64,000 nt of DNA from an uncultured delta proteobacterium (GCA_963798485.1 CAWCTR010000004.1:288001-352000); one strand, 5' to 3'. Counted from the stretch's first letter, positions 1 through 11,378 are shown. Numbers and translations are program-made. Notes: a model not told the origin generated them from the sequence alone.

Positions 1-971
1 CCAGGAAAACGGCTGTTTCGGGCCAAGCGCTCGATCTCATCTATTATCCCTGCCAATCCGGGCATCTCAATGCCTACACGCACGGCATAGAGCTTGTCTA
101 ACCCTGTGGTAAACCATGCCGTGTCGATCTTCACCAGGTCCTTCTCCGTTGTCAGTACCAGGTCCTTGTCTGAAGCCCTGTCCATAATCTCTTTTACATC
201 GTTAACCGTATAGCAATGATGGTCTTGATAGGCAAGCCGCTCAACTATAGCCCCCAGCCGCTCCAGCATGGCAAAAAAGTGATCGGGCCTGCCGATGGCG
301 CAGAAGGCCAGTATCCGCTTGCCTGCAAGAAGACCTTGGTCCGAGGTGTTTCCATGAGGATCGACCAGGGCCGACGGTTTAAGCTCGGCCTTGAGCCCGT
401 CATAGCGAGCCCCTTTCATGGCGACAATGATACCGGCGCGTGAAAGAGAAGATGCAGGCTCACGGAGCCGGCCTGCTGGCAGGAGCCTCTCGCGGGTAAT
501 GTCCCTGCTCACAAGGACAATGTCCAGGTCGCGGTGAAGTCTGCGGTGCTGGAAACCGTCGTCCAAGATGATGATCTCGGCGCCGAGATGCACATAGGCA
601 AAGAGCGCACCCCTATGACGGTCAGGGCTCTTGATGACAGGCGCCTTCATGAGCCTGGCCATGAGCAGTGCCTCATCACCTGCTTCCTCGTTTCTGTGCT
701 GCGGCGTAACGATAATGGGGCCGGCAAGCCTGCCCTTGTACCCTCGCGTCACGATGGCGACCTTGCGGCCCCTGTGATAGAGCTCATCCGCCAGGGCCAT
801 GGTAAAGGGGGTCTTGCCCGTGCCGCCTGCCTCGATATTGCCCACGCTCACCACAACCAAAGGCACCCTCACTGCCTTCAGGACACCTATGTCGTACAAG
901 GTGTTGCGGGTCTTCACCGCAGCGCCATAGATCAGCGCCAGGCCGTTAAGGAGTTCCGAACTGAAGGGCAT
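1..971 (-). CDS. lpxK: Tetraacyldisaccharide 4'-kinase (3' end runs off the window)
   Basis: Manual translation (absent from ORF track): MPFSSELLNGLALIYGAAVKTRNTLYD...VVSVGNIEAGGTGKTP, with DDGFQH further on; follows msbA. Alternative start at 983. Confidence 0.92.
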   Translation of the reverse strand, partial: MPFSSELLNGLALIYGAAVKTRNTLYDIGVLKAVRVPLVVVSVGNIEAGGTGKTPFTMALADELYHRGRKVAIVTRGYKGRLAGPIIVTPQHRNEEAGDEALLMARLMKAPVIKSPDRHRGALFAYVHLGAEIIILDDGFQHRRLHRDLDIVLVSRDITRERLLPAGRLREPASSLSRAGIIVAMKGARYDGLKAELKPSALVDPHGNTSDQGLLAGKRILAFCAIGRPDHFFAMLERLGAIVERLAYQDHHCYTVNDVKEIMDRASDKDLVLTTEKDLVKIDTAWFTTGLDKLYAVRVGIEMPGLAGIIDEIERLARNSRFP

Positions 972-2682
972 AGAGCCTCGCATAGTGGCCGTCTTTTATC
1001 AAAAGCTCATGGTGGGTCCCTTGCTCTACGATCCGGCCATGGCTGAGCACGATGATCTCATCCGCGCCAACTATGGTGGAGAGCCGGTGGGCTATCACCA
1101 GGGAGGTCCTCCCTTTCATGAGCCTGTCCAGCGCCGCCTGGACCTCGCGTTCAGACTCCGTGTCGAGAGCCGATGTGGCCTCATCCAGGATGAGGATCGG
1201 TGCGTTCTTGATTATCGCCCTTGCGATACACAGTCTCTGACGCTGGCCGCCCGAAAGCCTCACCCCGCTCTCACCAACCACGGTGTCATACCCATCCTTC
1301 AGACTCATGATAAATTCATGGGCATTTGCCGCCTTGGCGGCTTCACAGATCTCATCCATGGATGATCTCTGGGTGCCATAGGCAATATTGGCCTTGATAG
1401 TGTCGTTGAACAGGATCATCTCCTGGGTTACCATGGCGATGTTCTCGCGCAACGACTTGGTGGTTACATCCCTGATATCAGTCCCTGAGACAAGGATGGA
1501 ACCCTTGCTTACTTCAAAGAAGCGGGGCAGCAGGTTTGCGATGGTGGACTTGCCGGAGCCGGATTCCCCGACAAGGGCCAGCTGCTTGCCCTTTTGGGCC
1601 GTAAAGCTGATGTCTTCTAACGCGTATCGCTGGTCTGAAAAATAACTGAACCATACGTTTCTCAGCTCAAAATTCCCTTCCAGGCGAGGCAGGGTGATAC
1701 TGAGAGGTTTTTCAACGATCTCAGGACTGGTGTCCAACAGCTCGAAGATCCTCTTGGCGGCCGCGATGCCTTCCTGGATCTCGATGTTCACCTTGTTGAG
1801 CTTACGGATCGGCGCATAGAGCAAGGACAAGCCGGTGATGAAGGACATGAAGTCACCCGGCGTCAAGGCCCCTCTGATAACCTTCATGCCCCCATACCAG
1901 AGAAGGAAGGCCGTGCCGAGGCCCCCGATGAGCTCCAGGAGAGGCCCGGAGAGTGCCCGGATGGAGATCCTCTTCATCCAGTTCTTGTAATAATTCTGGT
2001 TCTCATCGGAGAAGCGCTTTGTTTCATACTCCTCCATGTTATATGCCTTTACGATCCTGATGCCGCTGATGGCCTCGTCCAGGATGCTCATGACATTGCC
2101 CATGACCTTCATGCTCTTGGTGGAGTAGCGCTTCAGCCTCTGGCCGAAGTTGCTGATGGGATAAATGACCAGGGGGAACACCAACATGGCGATGATGGCA
2201 AGCCTCCAGTCACGCCAGAATACCACGAGGACAAGACCGATGAGGGTCAGGGATTGGCGGATAAACTCGGTAACCGACTCGGTTACCGAGAGCTGCACCA
2301 TATTCACATCATTGGTGATCCTGCTGATAAGGGTGCCTGTGGGGGTCCTTATAAAATAGGGCATGGACAGGGTTTGTATGTGGTTATAGAGCCTGTCCCT
2401 GATATCCCTTATCACACTCTGGCCCACATCGTTCATGTTATAGAAACTGAAGTAGTCGCATACGCTCTTAATGATGTAGATGGCGATCACGGACGAGGCC
2501 ATAAGGATGAGCCAGAACTGGTCCTTTCCGATAAAGACCTTGTCCATGACATATTTCACCATGAGCGCTATGGCAGGCATGGCCCCTGCGACAACAGTCG
2601 TGAGGATAAGCGACATCACAAGCTTCATCCGGTAGGGCTTGATGAAAGAAAGCAGTCTGCGGTAAATGCCCAGATTGGTCAT
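946..2682 (-). CDS. msbA: Lipid A export ABC transporter
   Basis: TM domain + Walker A GESGSGKS, LSGGQRQR, DEATSALD; between lpxB and lpxK. Confidence 0.92.
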   Translation of the reverse strand: MTNLGIYRRLLSFIKPYRMKLVMSLILTTVVAGAMPAIALMVKYVMDKVFIGKDQFWLILMASSVIAIYIIKSVCDYFSFYNMNDVGQSVIRDIRDRLYNHIQTLSMPYFIRTPTGTLISRITNDVNMVQLSVTESVTEFIRQSLTLIGLVLVVFWRDWRLAIIAMLVFPLVIYPISNFGQRLKRYSTKSMKVMGNVMSILDEAISGIRIVKAYNMEEYETKRFSDENQNYYKNWMKRISIRALSGPLLELIGGLGTAFLLWYGGMKVIRGALTPGDFMSFITGLSLLYAPIRKLNKVNIEIQEGIAAAKRIFELLDTSPEIVEKPLSITLPRLEGNFELRNVWFSYFSDQRYALEDISFTAQKGKQLALVGESGSGKSTIANLLPRFFEVSKGSILVSGTDIRDVTTKSLRENIAMVTQEMILFNDTIKANIAYGTQRSSMDEICEAAKAANAHEFIMSLKDGYDTVVGESGVRLSGGQRQRLCIARAIIKNAPILILDEATSALDTESEREVQAALDRLMKGRTSLVIAHRLSTIVGADEIIVLSHGRIVEQGTHHELLIKDGHYARLYALQFGTP

Positions 2683-3776
2683 GCAGCCCCCAGCAGCTCC
2701 TGTGCCCAGAGAGCCACCTGGATGGAGGCCTTCTTGTCGCCGAGTAATCGCCTCATGTCATGATATGAGCGCCCCGTGGCCTCAAAGAGTCCTTCATCAT
2801 CCAGATATCCGCACATGGTACGTGCGAGTTCCTCAGCGGTAAAATGTCCCTGGATGAGTTCGGGAACGATTGCTTTGCCTGTAATGATATTGGGCATACC
2901 GATATGATCGATCTTCACAAAGCCCCGAGCAAGGAAATAATTTATAAAAGATGTCCTGTAGCATATGACCTCCGGTATGCCCTGGAAGGCCATTTCCAAC
3001 GATGATGTGCCGGACTTTACCATGGCCAGATCCACATCCGGTAACGCCACTTCAAGGCTGACATCCTTATCCACCATAGCGGTGATGGCATTTACATCCA
3101 GCCCTTTTGCCACCGGAAGGTGCCAGGTGAGGTCGTGGTGTTTCTTTTCAATATGGCGTTTTGCATCCATCATGACAGGCAGGATTTTAGCGACTTCATG
3201 ATGTCTGCTGCCCGGCATGATCCCGATTCGTTTGGGGGGCCAGGAGGCCTTCCCGGAAGGCCGGGGTACCTCGGTGTCTACAAACGGATGTCCCACATAT
3301 CGTGCATTTACACCATAAGATGCAAAGAACCGCTCTTCAAAGGGGAAGATCACGGCCAGGCCGTCGGTGACGTGCGCGAGTGTCTTGGCCCGGCCACGTC
3401 TCCATGCCCATGCCTGGGGTGCAATGTAGTACAGGACAGTCAAGCCTTTTGCCTTGGCGTAGCGGGCAAGCCGCATGTTGAAATCCGGCAGATCAACAGG
3501 GATGAAGAGGTCGGGCCTTCTCTCATCCATGAGTCGTTTGATCCCTCTATAGACCTTTATGATCTTAAAGATCCTGGGGATGACATCCGTGAATCCCATG
3601 ACCGAGAGCTCGTCCATGCCGAAGATGCATTCCATACCGGCATGAGCCATCTCGGGGCCGCCCATGCCGAATATCTCGGAAGCGGGCATGAGCTGCCTAA
3701 CGGCCCTGATTACGTGTGAGGCATGCCTGTCTGCACTCGCCTCTCCCGCCACCATGAGGATCTTCTGCGTGGTCAT
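2679..3776 (-). CDS. lpxB: Lipid-A-disaccharide synthase
   Basis: VAGEASAD, DLPDFN, PQAWAWR, MPGSRHHE, KSGTSSLE motifs. Confidence 0.95.
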   Translation of the reverse strand: MTTQKILMVAGEASADRHASHVIRAVRQLMPASEIFGMGGPEMAHAGMECIFGMDELSVMGFTDVIPRIFKIIKVYRGIKRLMDERRPDLFIPVDLPDFNMRLARYAKAKGLTVLYYIAPQAWAWRRGRAKTLAHVTDGLAVIFPFEERFFASYGVNARYVGHPFVDTEVPRPSGKASWPPKRIGIMPGSRHHEVAKILPVMMDAKRHIEKKHHDLTWHLPVAKGLDVNAITAMVDKDVSLEVALPDVDLAMVKSGTSSLEMAFQGIPEVICYRTSFINYFLARGFVKIDHIGMPNIITGKAIVPELIQGHFTAEELARTMCGYLDDEGLFEATGRSYHDMRRLLGDKKASIQVALWAQELLGAA

Positions 3777-4699
3777 CTCTTGGGCACTATAAGGGCGTTT
3801 TTGATGGCATATGCCATCTCAAGGGCCTTGAGCCCTGCCGTACCGTCCACTACAACAGGGCTGCCGTGGAGGACTGCGTCCACAAAAGAGCGGATCTCGG
3901 ATGCAAGGGCGTCCGATTCCGATATGGCAATGTGCTTATGTTGTATTTCCCGTGATTCGCTTACGGTATAGACATCCACCTTGGCCTTGGCGAAATCCAG
4001 CGAGATATAGGAGTCCGGCTGGAAGATCCTTATCTTGCGCATCACCTCGGCGCTCACCCGGCTGGCTGTAATGTTGGCGATACAGCCGGATTCAAAGCGT
4101 AACCTGGCGTTCGCAATGTCTACCGAGTCCGTGAGCACCGGCACACCCACGGCCTCTAAGGAGGCAACGCTCGAGTCAACCAGGGAAAGGATGATGTCCA
4201 GGTCATGGATCATGATGTCAAGTACTGCATCTACATCCGTACCCCGCGCCCTGAACGGGCTGATCCGGTGGGCCTCAATGAACATAGGGTTTGTGATGCT
4301 GCTTCTGAGCTCAAGCAATGCCGGGTTGAAGCGCTCCAGGTGCCCGATCTGGAGAATGGCGCCGCCGGCTCGCGAGGCGGCGATAATGGAGGATGCCTCA
4401 TCCAGTCTCCCTGCAACCGGTTTTTCCAGCAACACTGCCACACCGTCTTCGAGCAAGGGTATGGCCACCTCTGCATGCCTGGATGTGGGGACTGCGACAC
4501 TGGCGGCGTCGATCATGCCTTTGACGGACTCGACAGAGGTGTAAGGGGTGGTGCCGACCTCGCGGGCCACCTCGTGGGCCCTGGCCTTGTCGATGTCTAC
4601 AACACCCACAAGGTCGACATTTTCGAGTAAGGCAAATTTCTGGGCGTGGAATCGCCCCAGGTATCCCACCCCGATCACTGCAAGTTTAAGTTTTTTCAC
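3773..4699 (-). CDS. Gfo/Idh/MocA oxidoreductase, GnnA-like (UDP-GlcNAc 3-dehydrogenase)
   Basis: GVGYLG, EKP, GHLERFNPA, DIMIHDLD; sits between lpxA and lpxB; GTG start. Confidence 0.8.
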   Translation of the reverse strand: MKKLKLAVIGVGYLGRFHAQKFALLENVDLVGVVDIDKARAHEVAREVGTTPYTSVESVKGMIDAASVAVPTSRHAEVAIPLLEDGVAVLLEKPVAGRLDEASSIIAASRAGGAILQIGHLERFNPALLELRSSITNPMFIEAHRISPFRARGTDVDAVLDIMIHDLDIILSLVDSSVASLEAVGVPVLTDSVDIANARLRFESGCIANITASRVSAEVMRKIRIFQPDSYISLDFAKAKVDVYTVSESREIQHKHIAISESDALASEIRSFVDAVLHGSPVVVDGTAGLKALEMAYAIKNALIVPKR

Positions 4700-5472
4700 C
4701 TGGTGATACCCCTGCGCGAAGACGTGAGAAATGCCCTCAGGTGTGAGATCTCTTGTGCGCCTTGAAATTCCTGTTCGAGGACTGAGAGCGCATCCTTCAG
4801 GGGGAGGCCCTGTTTGAACAAAATCCGATAGGCCTTTGTGATCCGCTCCATCTGCTCCTTGGTAAACCCGTTCCTTTTGAGCCCTATGGTATTTATGCCG
4901 TAAAGCCTTGCCCTGTCGCCCGATGCCTTGGCATAGGGCACGATATCCAGGCTCACCATGGAACCGCCGCCCAGGATGGCAAAGGCGCCGACACGCGTAA
5001 ACTGGTGGATGGCGGATAGACCGCCGATGATGGCGTTGTCATGGATCTCCACATGTCCCGCAAGTGTTGCGAGATTCCCCATGACCACATGGCTGCCTAC
5101 TATGCAATCATGGCCCACGTGGGAGTAGGCCATCAGGAGGTTGTTGCTGCCTATGCTGGTCACCTGTTTATCCTTGGTGGTGCCCCGGTTCAGTGTCACG
5201 AATTCACGGAACGTATTGTCATCGCCGATAACAAGCCTTGTCTCTTCACCGCGGTACGAATGATCCTGGGGCGGGGTGCCTATGCTGGCGTATCCAGTGA
5301 AGGTGCATCCCTTGCCGATCGACGTGGGGCCTTCGATCATACAATAAGGGCCTATAGAGGTGCCTTCGCCGATCTGTACCTTATCTCCGATGACGGCATA
5401 TGGTCCTATTGTCACGTTATCGGACAGGACGGCATTTGGTGAGACACGGGCGCTTGCGTCAATCCTTGACAA
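4696..5472 (-). CDS. lpxA: Acyl-ACP--UDP-GlcNAc O-acyltransferase
   Basis: Hexapeptide repeats, REFVTLNRGT, HVGHDC, AIHQF; TTG start. Confidence 0.95.
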   Translation of the reverse strand: MSRIDASARVSPNAVLSDNVTIGPYAVIGDKVQIGEGTSIGPYCMIEGPTSIGKGCTFTGYASIGTPPQDHSYRGEETRLVIGDDNTFREFVTLNRGTTKDKQVTSIGSNNLLMAYSHVGHDCIVGSHVVMGNLATLAGHVEIHDNAIIGGLSAIHQFTRVGAFAILGGGSMVSLDIVPYAKASGDRARLYGINTIGLKRNGFTKEQMERITKAYRILFKQGLPLKDALSVLEQEFQGAQEISHLRAFLTSSRRGITR

Positions 5473-6469
5473 GATCTTTTACCTTCCTTTCCAGCTCACG
5501 CACACGCTTTAACAGTTCCGGAAGATTCTTGTAGACAGTCTGGACCCTGAGCCAGTGTTTGTGGTCCATGGCAGGGAAACCCGAGATCACCTTGCCGGCG
5601 GGGATGTCTGAGGCAATACCGGTACGGCCGGCCGCAGTGACACCGTCACCGACGGTGATATGTCCGGCCACGCCGCACTGGCCTGCCAGCACGACTCCGG
5701 AACCGATGCGGGCGCTGCCTGAGATGCCCGTCTGGGCGACGATGATGGTATGGTCACCCACCACCACGTTATGGCCGATCTGTACGAGGTTGTCCATCTT
5801 AACGTCCGAACCTATCCTGGTGCTGGTAAGGGCAGCCCGGTCGATGGTGCAGTTGCTGCCGATCTCTACATGGTCGCCTATAATGACGATCCCCTTCTGG
5901 GGTACCTTGACGTGTTGCTTCCCGTCCCAGGCAAAGCCGAACCCGTCGGAGCCGATAACCACCCCTGCATGGATGATGCAGCGAGCGCCGATGGTACACC
6001 CGTCATAGACTACTACATTCGGGTAAAGTATGGTGTGCTCGCCGAGGGCAGCGCCATCACCGATGAAGCATCCGGGATAGATGACACTGGAAGGAGAGAT
6101 GCATGCATGAGCGCCGATGTAAACATGCGGGTAGATACAGGCGTCCTGGTGCACCTGAGCCTCAGGATGTACATAAGCATACTTTGAAATACCGGGGCGG
6201 TGGGATTTCTCCGGGTAAATGAGGTGCAGGACTTGAGCGAAATAGAGGTAGGCGTTTTCGGTTATGATCTGTGATACGGGCAGGTCAAGTGAGCCCTGGA
6301 CGATGACGGCGCCGGCCTTGGTGTCTTTTACCCGGTCACGGTACTTGAGATTGGCCAGGAATGTTATATCATTGAGGCAGGCATCATCAAGGGTTGAAGC
6401 CCCTGAGATCTCCCGGTCTTCACCCTGTAAGGCCCCCCCGAGAAGCTCTACGAGCCTGGACAGCAGCAT
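5459..6469 (-). CDS. lpxD: UDP-3-O-acylglucosamine N-acyltransferase
   Basis: IGSDGFGF, TIDRAA, KMDNLVQIGHNV. Confidence 0.95.
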   Translation of the reverse strand: MLLSRLVELLGGALQGEDREISGASTLDDACLNDITFLANLKYRDRVKDTKAGAVIVQGSLDLPVSQIITENAYLYFAQVLHLIYPEKSHRPGISKYAYVHPEAQVHQDACIYPHVYIGAHACISPSSVIYPGCFIGDGAALGEHTILYPNVVVYDGCTIGARCIIHAGVVIGSDGFGFAWDGKQHVKVPQKGIVIIGDHVEIGSNCTIDRAALTSTRIGSDVKMDNLVQIGHNVVVGDHTIIVAQTGISGSARIGSGVVLAGQCGVAGHITVGDGVTAAGRTGIASDIPAGKVISGFPAMDHKHWLRVQTVYKNLPELLKRVRELERKVKDLVKD

Positions 6470-6478
6470 GGGTTTCTC

Positions 6479-7021
6479 TTACTTCGCCTTTCCCTTCTTT
6501 TCCTGATTGTGCTTATCAAATGCCGTTACGATCTGGTTCGTGATGTCGATCTTCGGATTTGCATAGACAATGGCGGGATTTTGCTTGTCCAGGACGATGT
6601 CGATGTTGTTCCTCTCGCTATAGGCCTTAATGATCTCATCAAGATCCTTGCTGAACGGTTTTAAGAATTCCATCTCCTTGCGCCTTAGCTCGTCTTGGGC
6701 GTCTTTTACGGCGCGGTTATAGTCCTTAAGCTCTTTGTCATACTTTGCCTCCAGATCTTCCCTTGCCGAGCTTGACATGGTTGCCGATTTGGCCTGGAGC
6801 TGATCGGCCATGGTCTTGAGCTTGTTCTGTTTCTTCTCGAGCTCTGAGGACTTCTGGTCTTTCATGGTGTTGAGTTGCTTGTACGCCTCCTTACCTGCTT
6901 GTGATTCATAGAGGATCTTCTGCGAGTCGAGATAGACGATTTTCGTGTCCTGTGCCCTAAGCGTGCCTGATGCCCAGCAGAGTAGGCAGATTGTAAAAAA
7001 GGCTATGATGATTCTTTTCAT
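6479..7021 (-). CDS. skp: OmpH/Skp periplasmic chaperone
   Basis: Signal peptide, coiled coil, C-terminal IDITNQIV; between bamA and lpxD. Confidence 0.9.
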   Translation of the reverse strand: MKRIIIAFFTICLLCWASGTLRAQDTKIVYLDSQKILYESQAGKEAYKQLNTMKDQKSSELEKKQNKLKTMADQLQAKSATMSSSAREDLEAKYDKELKDYNRAVKDAQDELRRKEMEFLKPFSKDLDEIIKAYSERNNIDIVLDKQNPAIVYANPKIDITNQIVTAFDKHNQEKKGKAK

Positions 7022-7053
7022 ATGTGCTCCTCTCCGGAAATTGTTCTAAAAAT

Positions 7054-9486
7054 TTAGAAGAAAGCCCCGACAGTGAAGTCCCACCGTGATGGTGATTCGT
7101 CAAGCACGGGGTGGATGACCTTTGCATACTCGATCCGTATCGGTCCCATGGGCGTCACCCACCTGATGCCCGCACCATACGACTTTTTCAGGTTTGTCAG
7201 GTCGACACCATGCTCATAGCCATTCCCCTCGTCATGGAAGATAACACCATAGAGCCCGGGGATCGGCCCGAGAGGGAAGGTGGTTTCGATATTCATTATT
7301 GCCATTTGTCTTCCCCCGATAATATTGCCCAGGCTGTCTCTCGGCCCGATTTGGCCTTCCTTGAAGCCTCGTATACTGGTCAATCCGCCCAGCGTGAATC
7401 GCTCATACTCAGGGAGCTCATAGCCGGGGGCGGGGTTCACTGTACCCCATCTCACCTTCAACATCAAGGCGAGTTTGTCGGTCCAGATGGGGAAGAACTT
7501 GGCGGCTGAAGCAGTCACTCTGGTGAAATGGAACGTACCTCCAAGCCCGGCATATTCAAAGGATGCACCGATGTCGGAACCTTGTGTGGGGCGGAAGTAG
7601 TCGTTGGTGGTATTACGGTAGAGGCTGTTTGTAACGCTGCTTGTGATACCGCCTGCGATCTCTTGGGCGGTCAGGGAGGGCAGGTAGGAGGCATCGATAT
7701 CCCTAAGCTTGGCGGTATCGTCGTAGGTATATGTAATACTATGACGTATCTTCTCGACGAGAGGATAGCTCATTCTTATATCCCCTCCCCTGCTTTCCTT
7801 GGTGTAGTAAAGGTATTCCTTGTCGGTATGGTAAAGAAGGGCGCCAAGCGATACCGGATGGTCCAGGAGCCAGGGTTCCTCAAAGTCCAAGGTATAGTTT
7901 TTCGTTTGCGGACCGTATTCCAAACTAGCCTTGCTCTTCAGTCCTTGGCCCAAAAGGTTTATCTCGCTTAGGGACAGGGTTCCCATGGGGCCGTCTTCCG
8001 TGGAGTAGGCCATACCAAAGGAGAAGGAGCCAGTAGTGGTCTCTTCCACGTCCACGTTAAGCGCCATGGTTTCATCATTTATCGGTATTGGGTCGATGTC
8101 TGCGGATTTGAAATATCCCAGTCTGTTCAGATTGTCTTTGCTGTCCTTGATGGCAGTGGAAGAGAATGGCTTCCCTTCTTCGAGCTCAAGCTCACGCCTG
8201 ATGACCTTATCACGGGTCTTGGTGTTGCCCTTGATCCGGATAGAGTCAATGGTTACCGGCTTGCCCTGGGTGACGTGAAAGGTTAAACCGATTTTGGTTT
8301 CTCCCTCCTCAATGGTTTCGGGTTTGATTTGGACATAGGCATAACCCTTGTCCATATATATGCCACGCAGGCGTTCGATGTTTTCCTGGATCTTGCTCTT
8401 GCTCATGACATCACCGGGTTTGAGCGTAATCTTTGAGAGGAGTTTCTCCTTGGGCTCTATGAGGTCACCTGATACATCGATCGCGCCTATGGTGAAGACC
8501 GGGCCTTCAAAAATAGGTATGGTAATGTAGATGCCGTCATCTTCCCTGATGTCGATCTTCGGCCTGCCCACCCTGGTCTGCATGTATCCGTTGTCTCCAT
8601 AGAACTGTTCAATCCTTAATAGATCGGTATCAAGTACGCTGTCCTGATAGGTGCCCTCATGACTGAAGATGCCCAGCAGCCAGCGTGTCGAGGTCTCCAT
8701 GATGCCTTTGATCTGGTGGGTGGAGAGATGCTCATTGCCGTCAAAGGAGATCTTCTCTATGTAGAGCTGCTTGTTTTCTGTGACGTTAAAGGTAAGATTG
8801 ATCCCTCCCTCGGTGGTGTTTGTCTCGGATTTGACATCGACCTGATAATAGCCCCTTTCACGATAAAGCCCCTTTATACGGTCGATGCTGGTCTTTAAAA
8901 GCCTGGTGTTCAAGATGTCGAACTTCTTCAGGCCGATGCCATCCAGGATCTCCTTCTCTTTGATCTCCTTGTTGCCTTTGACCTCAATCTTGATGATGAT
9001 GGGGTATTCCTTCACCATAAAGACCACTGCGTTGTCCTCGAGGGTGGCATCACACTTCTCAAAGTATCCCATGGAGTAGATCTCTTCGATATCTTTTTTG
9101 ATGGCGTTCTTATGGAGGATATCGCCTTTGGCGGTTTTTACGCGGAAACGGATTGCGTCGGCGCTTATGCGTGAATAGCCTTTGATGGTTACATCTTTGA
9201 TGATACAAACGCCCTTGAGCCTAAGGTAGCCGTCTGTGGCCTCGGTTATGCTCGCAGCGCTGTATCCCACCCCTGAGGGGTCTGTGACATGGTATACCCC
9301 TTCTTTCTGTTCAAGGGATAGTGCTGTAGATGAAGTGTCGGACAAGGTAATACAGGGGACGTCTATAAGATAATCTTTCACGGCCTTAACATTTGTCTTC
9401 ATCATAAACTGCTCGGCAAAGGCCGCAGAAGAAATGATCGTGAATAATATAAAGACAATCAAGCCGCTACTGCGCAGTTGGTTCAA
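7054..9486 (-). CDS. bamA: Outer membrane protein assembly factor BamA
   Basis: Five POTRA repeats ([13 protein letters not shown]), IRGF, TPMGPIR, C-terminal Phe. Confidence 0.95.
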   Translation of the reverse strand: MNQLRSSGLIVFILFTIISSAAFAEQFMMKTNVKAVKDYLIDVPCITLSDTSSTALSLEQKEGVYHVTDPSGVGYSAASITEATDGYLRLKGVCIIKDVTIKGYSRISADAIRFRVKTAKGDILHKNAIKKDIEEIYSMGYFEKCDATLEDNAVVFMVKEYPIIIKIEVKGNKEIKEKEILDGIGLKKFDILNTRLLKTSIDRIKGLYRERGYYQVDVKSETNTTEGGINLTFNVTENKQLYIEKISFDGNEHLSTHQIKGIMETSTRWLLGIFSHEGTYQDSVLDTDLLRIEQFYGDNGYMQTRVGRPKIDIREDDGIYITIPIFEGPVFTIGAIDVSGDLIEPKEKLLSKITLKPGDVMSKSKIQENIERLRGIYMDKGYAYVQIKPETIEEGETKIGLTFHVTQGKPVTIDSIRIKGNTKTRDKVIRRELELEEGKPFSSTAIKDSKDNLNRLGYFKSADIDPIPINDETMALNVDVEETTTGSFSFGMAYSTEDGPMGTLSLSEINLLGQGLKSKASLEYGPQTKNYTLDFEEPWLLDHPVSLGALLYHTDKEYLYYTKESRGGDIRMSYPLVEKIRHSITYTYDDTAKLRDIDASYLPSLTAQEIAGGITSSVTNSLYRNTTNDYFRPTQGSDIGASFEYAGLGGTFHFTRVTASAAKFFPIWTDKLALMLKVRWGTVNPAPGYELPEYERFTLGGLTSIRGFKEGQIGPRDSLGNIIGGRQMAIMNIETTFPLGPIPGLYGVIFHDEGNGYEHGVDLTNLKKSYGAGIRWVTPMGPIRIEYAKVIHPVLDESPSRWDFTVGAFF

Positions 9487-10156
9487 GATGTCCCCCTTTC
9501 AATACAAGCACCTTGTCCATGGTGCGGGCAAGCTCCATATTGTGTGTGGCGATAATCAGCGTGACACAAAGCGTTGTCCGGAGTCCGGTGAAAAGCTCAA
9601 TGACCTTGTGGCCGGTCTCGCTGTCGAGGTCCCCGGTGGGCTCATCCGCCAGGATGATCCCGGGGGACATCATGAGGGAGCGGGCGATGGCGACCCGCTG
9701 TTGTTCTCCGCCCGAAAGCTCGCCGGGCTTATGGGTGCTCCTGCCCTTGAGCCCTACCAGGTCCAGCAGCTCTTCAGCGCGCCCTTTTATGGTACCGGAC
9801 ATATTCGAGGAGAGGAGTGCAGGGACCATCACATTCTCTAGGGCCGTGAACTCAGGGAGAAGATAGTGGAATTGAAACACAAACCCGATTTTCGTGTTCC
9901 TGAACCGGGCGATCTCGCGGTCCTTCATGGCTGAGATGTCGCTGGCGCCATAGACGATCTTACCTGAATCCGGCTTTTCCAGCCCACCAAGAAGGTGAAG
10001 CAACGTGCTTTTGCCTGACCCGGACGCCCCTACAATGGCAATACCTTCAGATTTATGAACATCGAGGTCAATGCCCTTGAGCACCTCAATGACCTCAGGC
10101 CCTTTGCGGAAGGACTTGTGGAGGTTCTCTATCGTGAGCACCACATTATCCTTCAT
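9467..10156 (-). CDS. lolD: Lipoprotein-releasing ABC ATPase
   Basis: [32 protein letters not shown]. Confidence 0.92.
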   Translation of the reverse strand: MKDNVVLTIENLHKSFRKGPEVIEVLKGIDLDVHKSEGIAIVGASGSGKSTLLHLLGGLEKPDSGKIVYGASDISAMKDREIARFRNTKIGFVFQFHYLLPEFTALENVMVPALLSSNMSGTIKGRAEELLDLVGLKGRSTHKPGELSGGEQQRVAIARSLMMSPGIILADEPTGDLDSETGHKVIELFTGLRTTLCVTLIIATHNMELARTMDKVLVLKGGHLEPTAQ

Positions 10157-11378
10157 AACGGATTACCTCTACAGGGTCTTGCTTTGCAGCCTGCCTGGCC
10201 GGATAAATGGTTGCTAAGAACGACAGCAGGATAGATGCCAGCACGATCCATGTCACCTCTATGGCATCCACCTTGGTAGGCAGACCGGTGATATAATACA
10301 CGTCTTTGGGCATGACCTGGATATGGAATATGAATTCAACGGCGGCAACAACGGAATTCAGGTTGTCGGTAAGCAAAAGACCCAGCGCAAGCCCTGCAAT
10401 GGTGCCGGTGATGCCGATGGCCATGCCTACGGTAATGAAGATCTTCAGGATCTGCTCCGTTGTGGCGCCCATGGACTTCAAAATGGCGATCTCCTTACGC
10501 TTCTCCATGACCATCATGATGAGCGTGCTTATGATGCTGAAGGCGGCTACCAGGATGATGAACAGCAGGATGATGAACATGATGGTCTTCTCAAGCCGTA
10601 AGGCGGAAAACAGGCTCTTGTTCATATCCTTCCATGTCTTGGCCCAGAAACCTTCCTTCAGGTGTGAAAGGATGGTCTTGGAGATGGTATCGGCCTTGTA
10701 GATATCATCCACCTTGACCTCAACCCCTGAGGCCATGTCCAGCATGAACAGCTTTTTTGCCGCTTCGAGCGATATGTAGATCATGTTGCTGTCAAACTCG
10801 TACATGCCGGTGGAGAAGATACCCCGGACAATAAAGGTCATGGACTTGGGTATCATGCCAAGGGGGGTAATGGTGCCTGAAGGCGAGATCAGCGTCACGG
10901 CGTCCCCCAGGGTGACACCCGCGGAGGCAGCCAGCTCCGAACCGATCAGTACGCCCGTGTTACCCATATTGCTGGTGCCCTGCGTGATGATCTCCTTCAG
11001 GCGGATGACCTTGGAGGCGCTTTGCGGGACTATTCCCCTGATCACCGCCCCGGATATTCCTCCGGGGGCTGAAACCAGGCCCTGGGAGAGGATAAACGGT
11101 GTGGCGGCCACTACCCCCTTTACCTTCAAGGCCGCATCCATCACGGCCTTCGTATCGCTGATACCGCCCCTATAATGGGAGATGACGATGTGCGACTGGG
11201 TGCCCAGGAGCTTGGTCGTGATGTCGTCTTCAAACCCGTTCATCACGGAGAGCACGACGATCAGGGCCATGACGCCGATAGCGATGCCCACCACCGACAG
11301 GCCGGAGGTAAAGCTTATGAAGCCCTGGCTCTTCTTGGCCCGCAGATATTTTTTGGCAACGAGGAACTCGAATCTCAG
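10146..11378 (-). CDS. lolE: Lipoprotein-releasing ABC permease LolC/E
   Basis: SVMNGFE, IAILKSMGA; in-frame extension to a CTG at 11378 restores the family N-terminus (M)RFEFLVAKKYLRAKKSQGFIS. Confidence 0.9.
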   Translation of the reverse strand: MRFEFLVAKKYLRAKKSQGFISFTSGLSVVGIAIGVMALIVVLSVMNGFEDDITTKLLGTQSHIVISHYRGGISDTKAVMDAALKVKGVVAATPFILSQGLVSAPGGISGAVIRGIVPQSASKVIRLKEIITQGTSNMGNTGVLIGSELAASAGVTLGDAVTLISPSGTITPLGMIPKSMTFIVRGIFSTGMYEFDSNMIYISLEAAKKLFMLDMASGVEVKVDDIYKADTISKTILSHLKEGFWAKTWKDMNKSLFSALRLEKTIMFIILLFIILVAAFSIISTLIMMVMEKRKEIAILKSMGATTEQILKIFITVGMAIGITGTIAGLALGLLLTDNLNSVVAAVEFIFHIQVMPKDVYYITGLPTKVDAIEVTWIVLASILLSFLATIYPARQAAKQDPVEVIRYEG

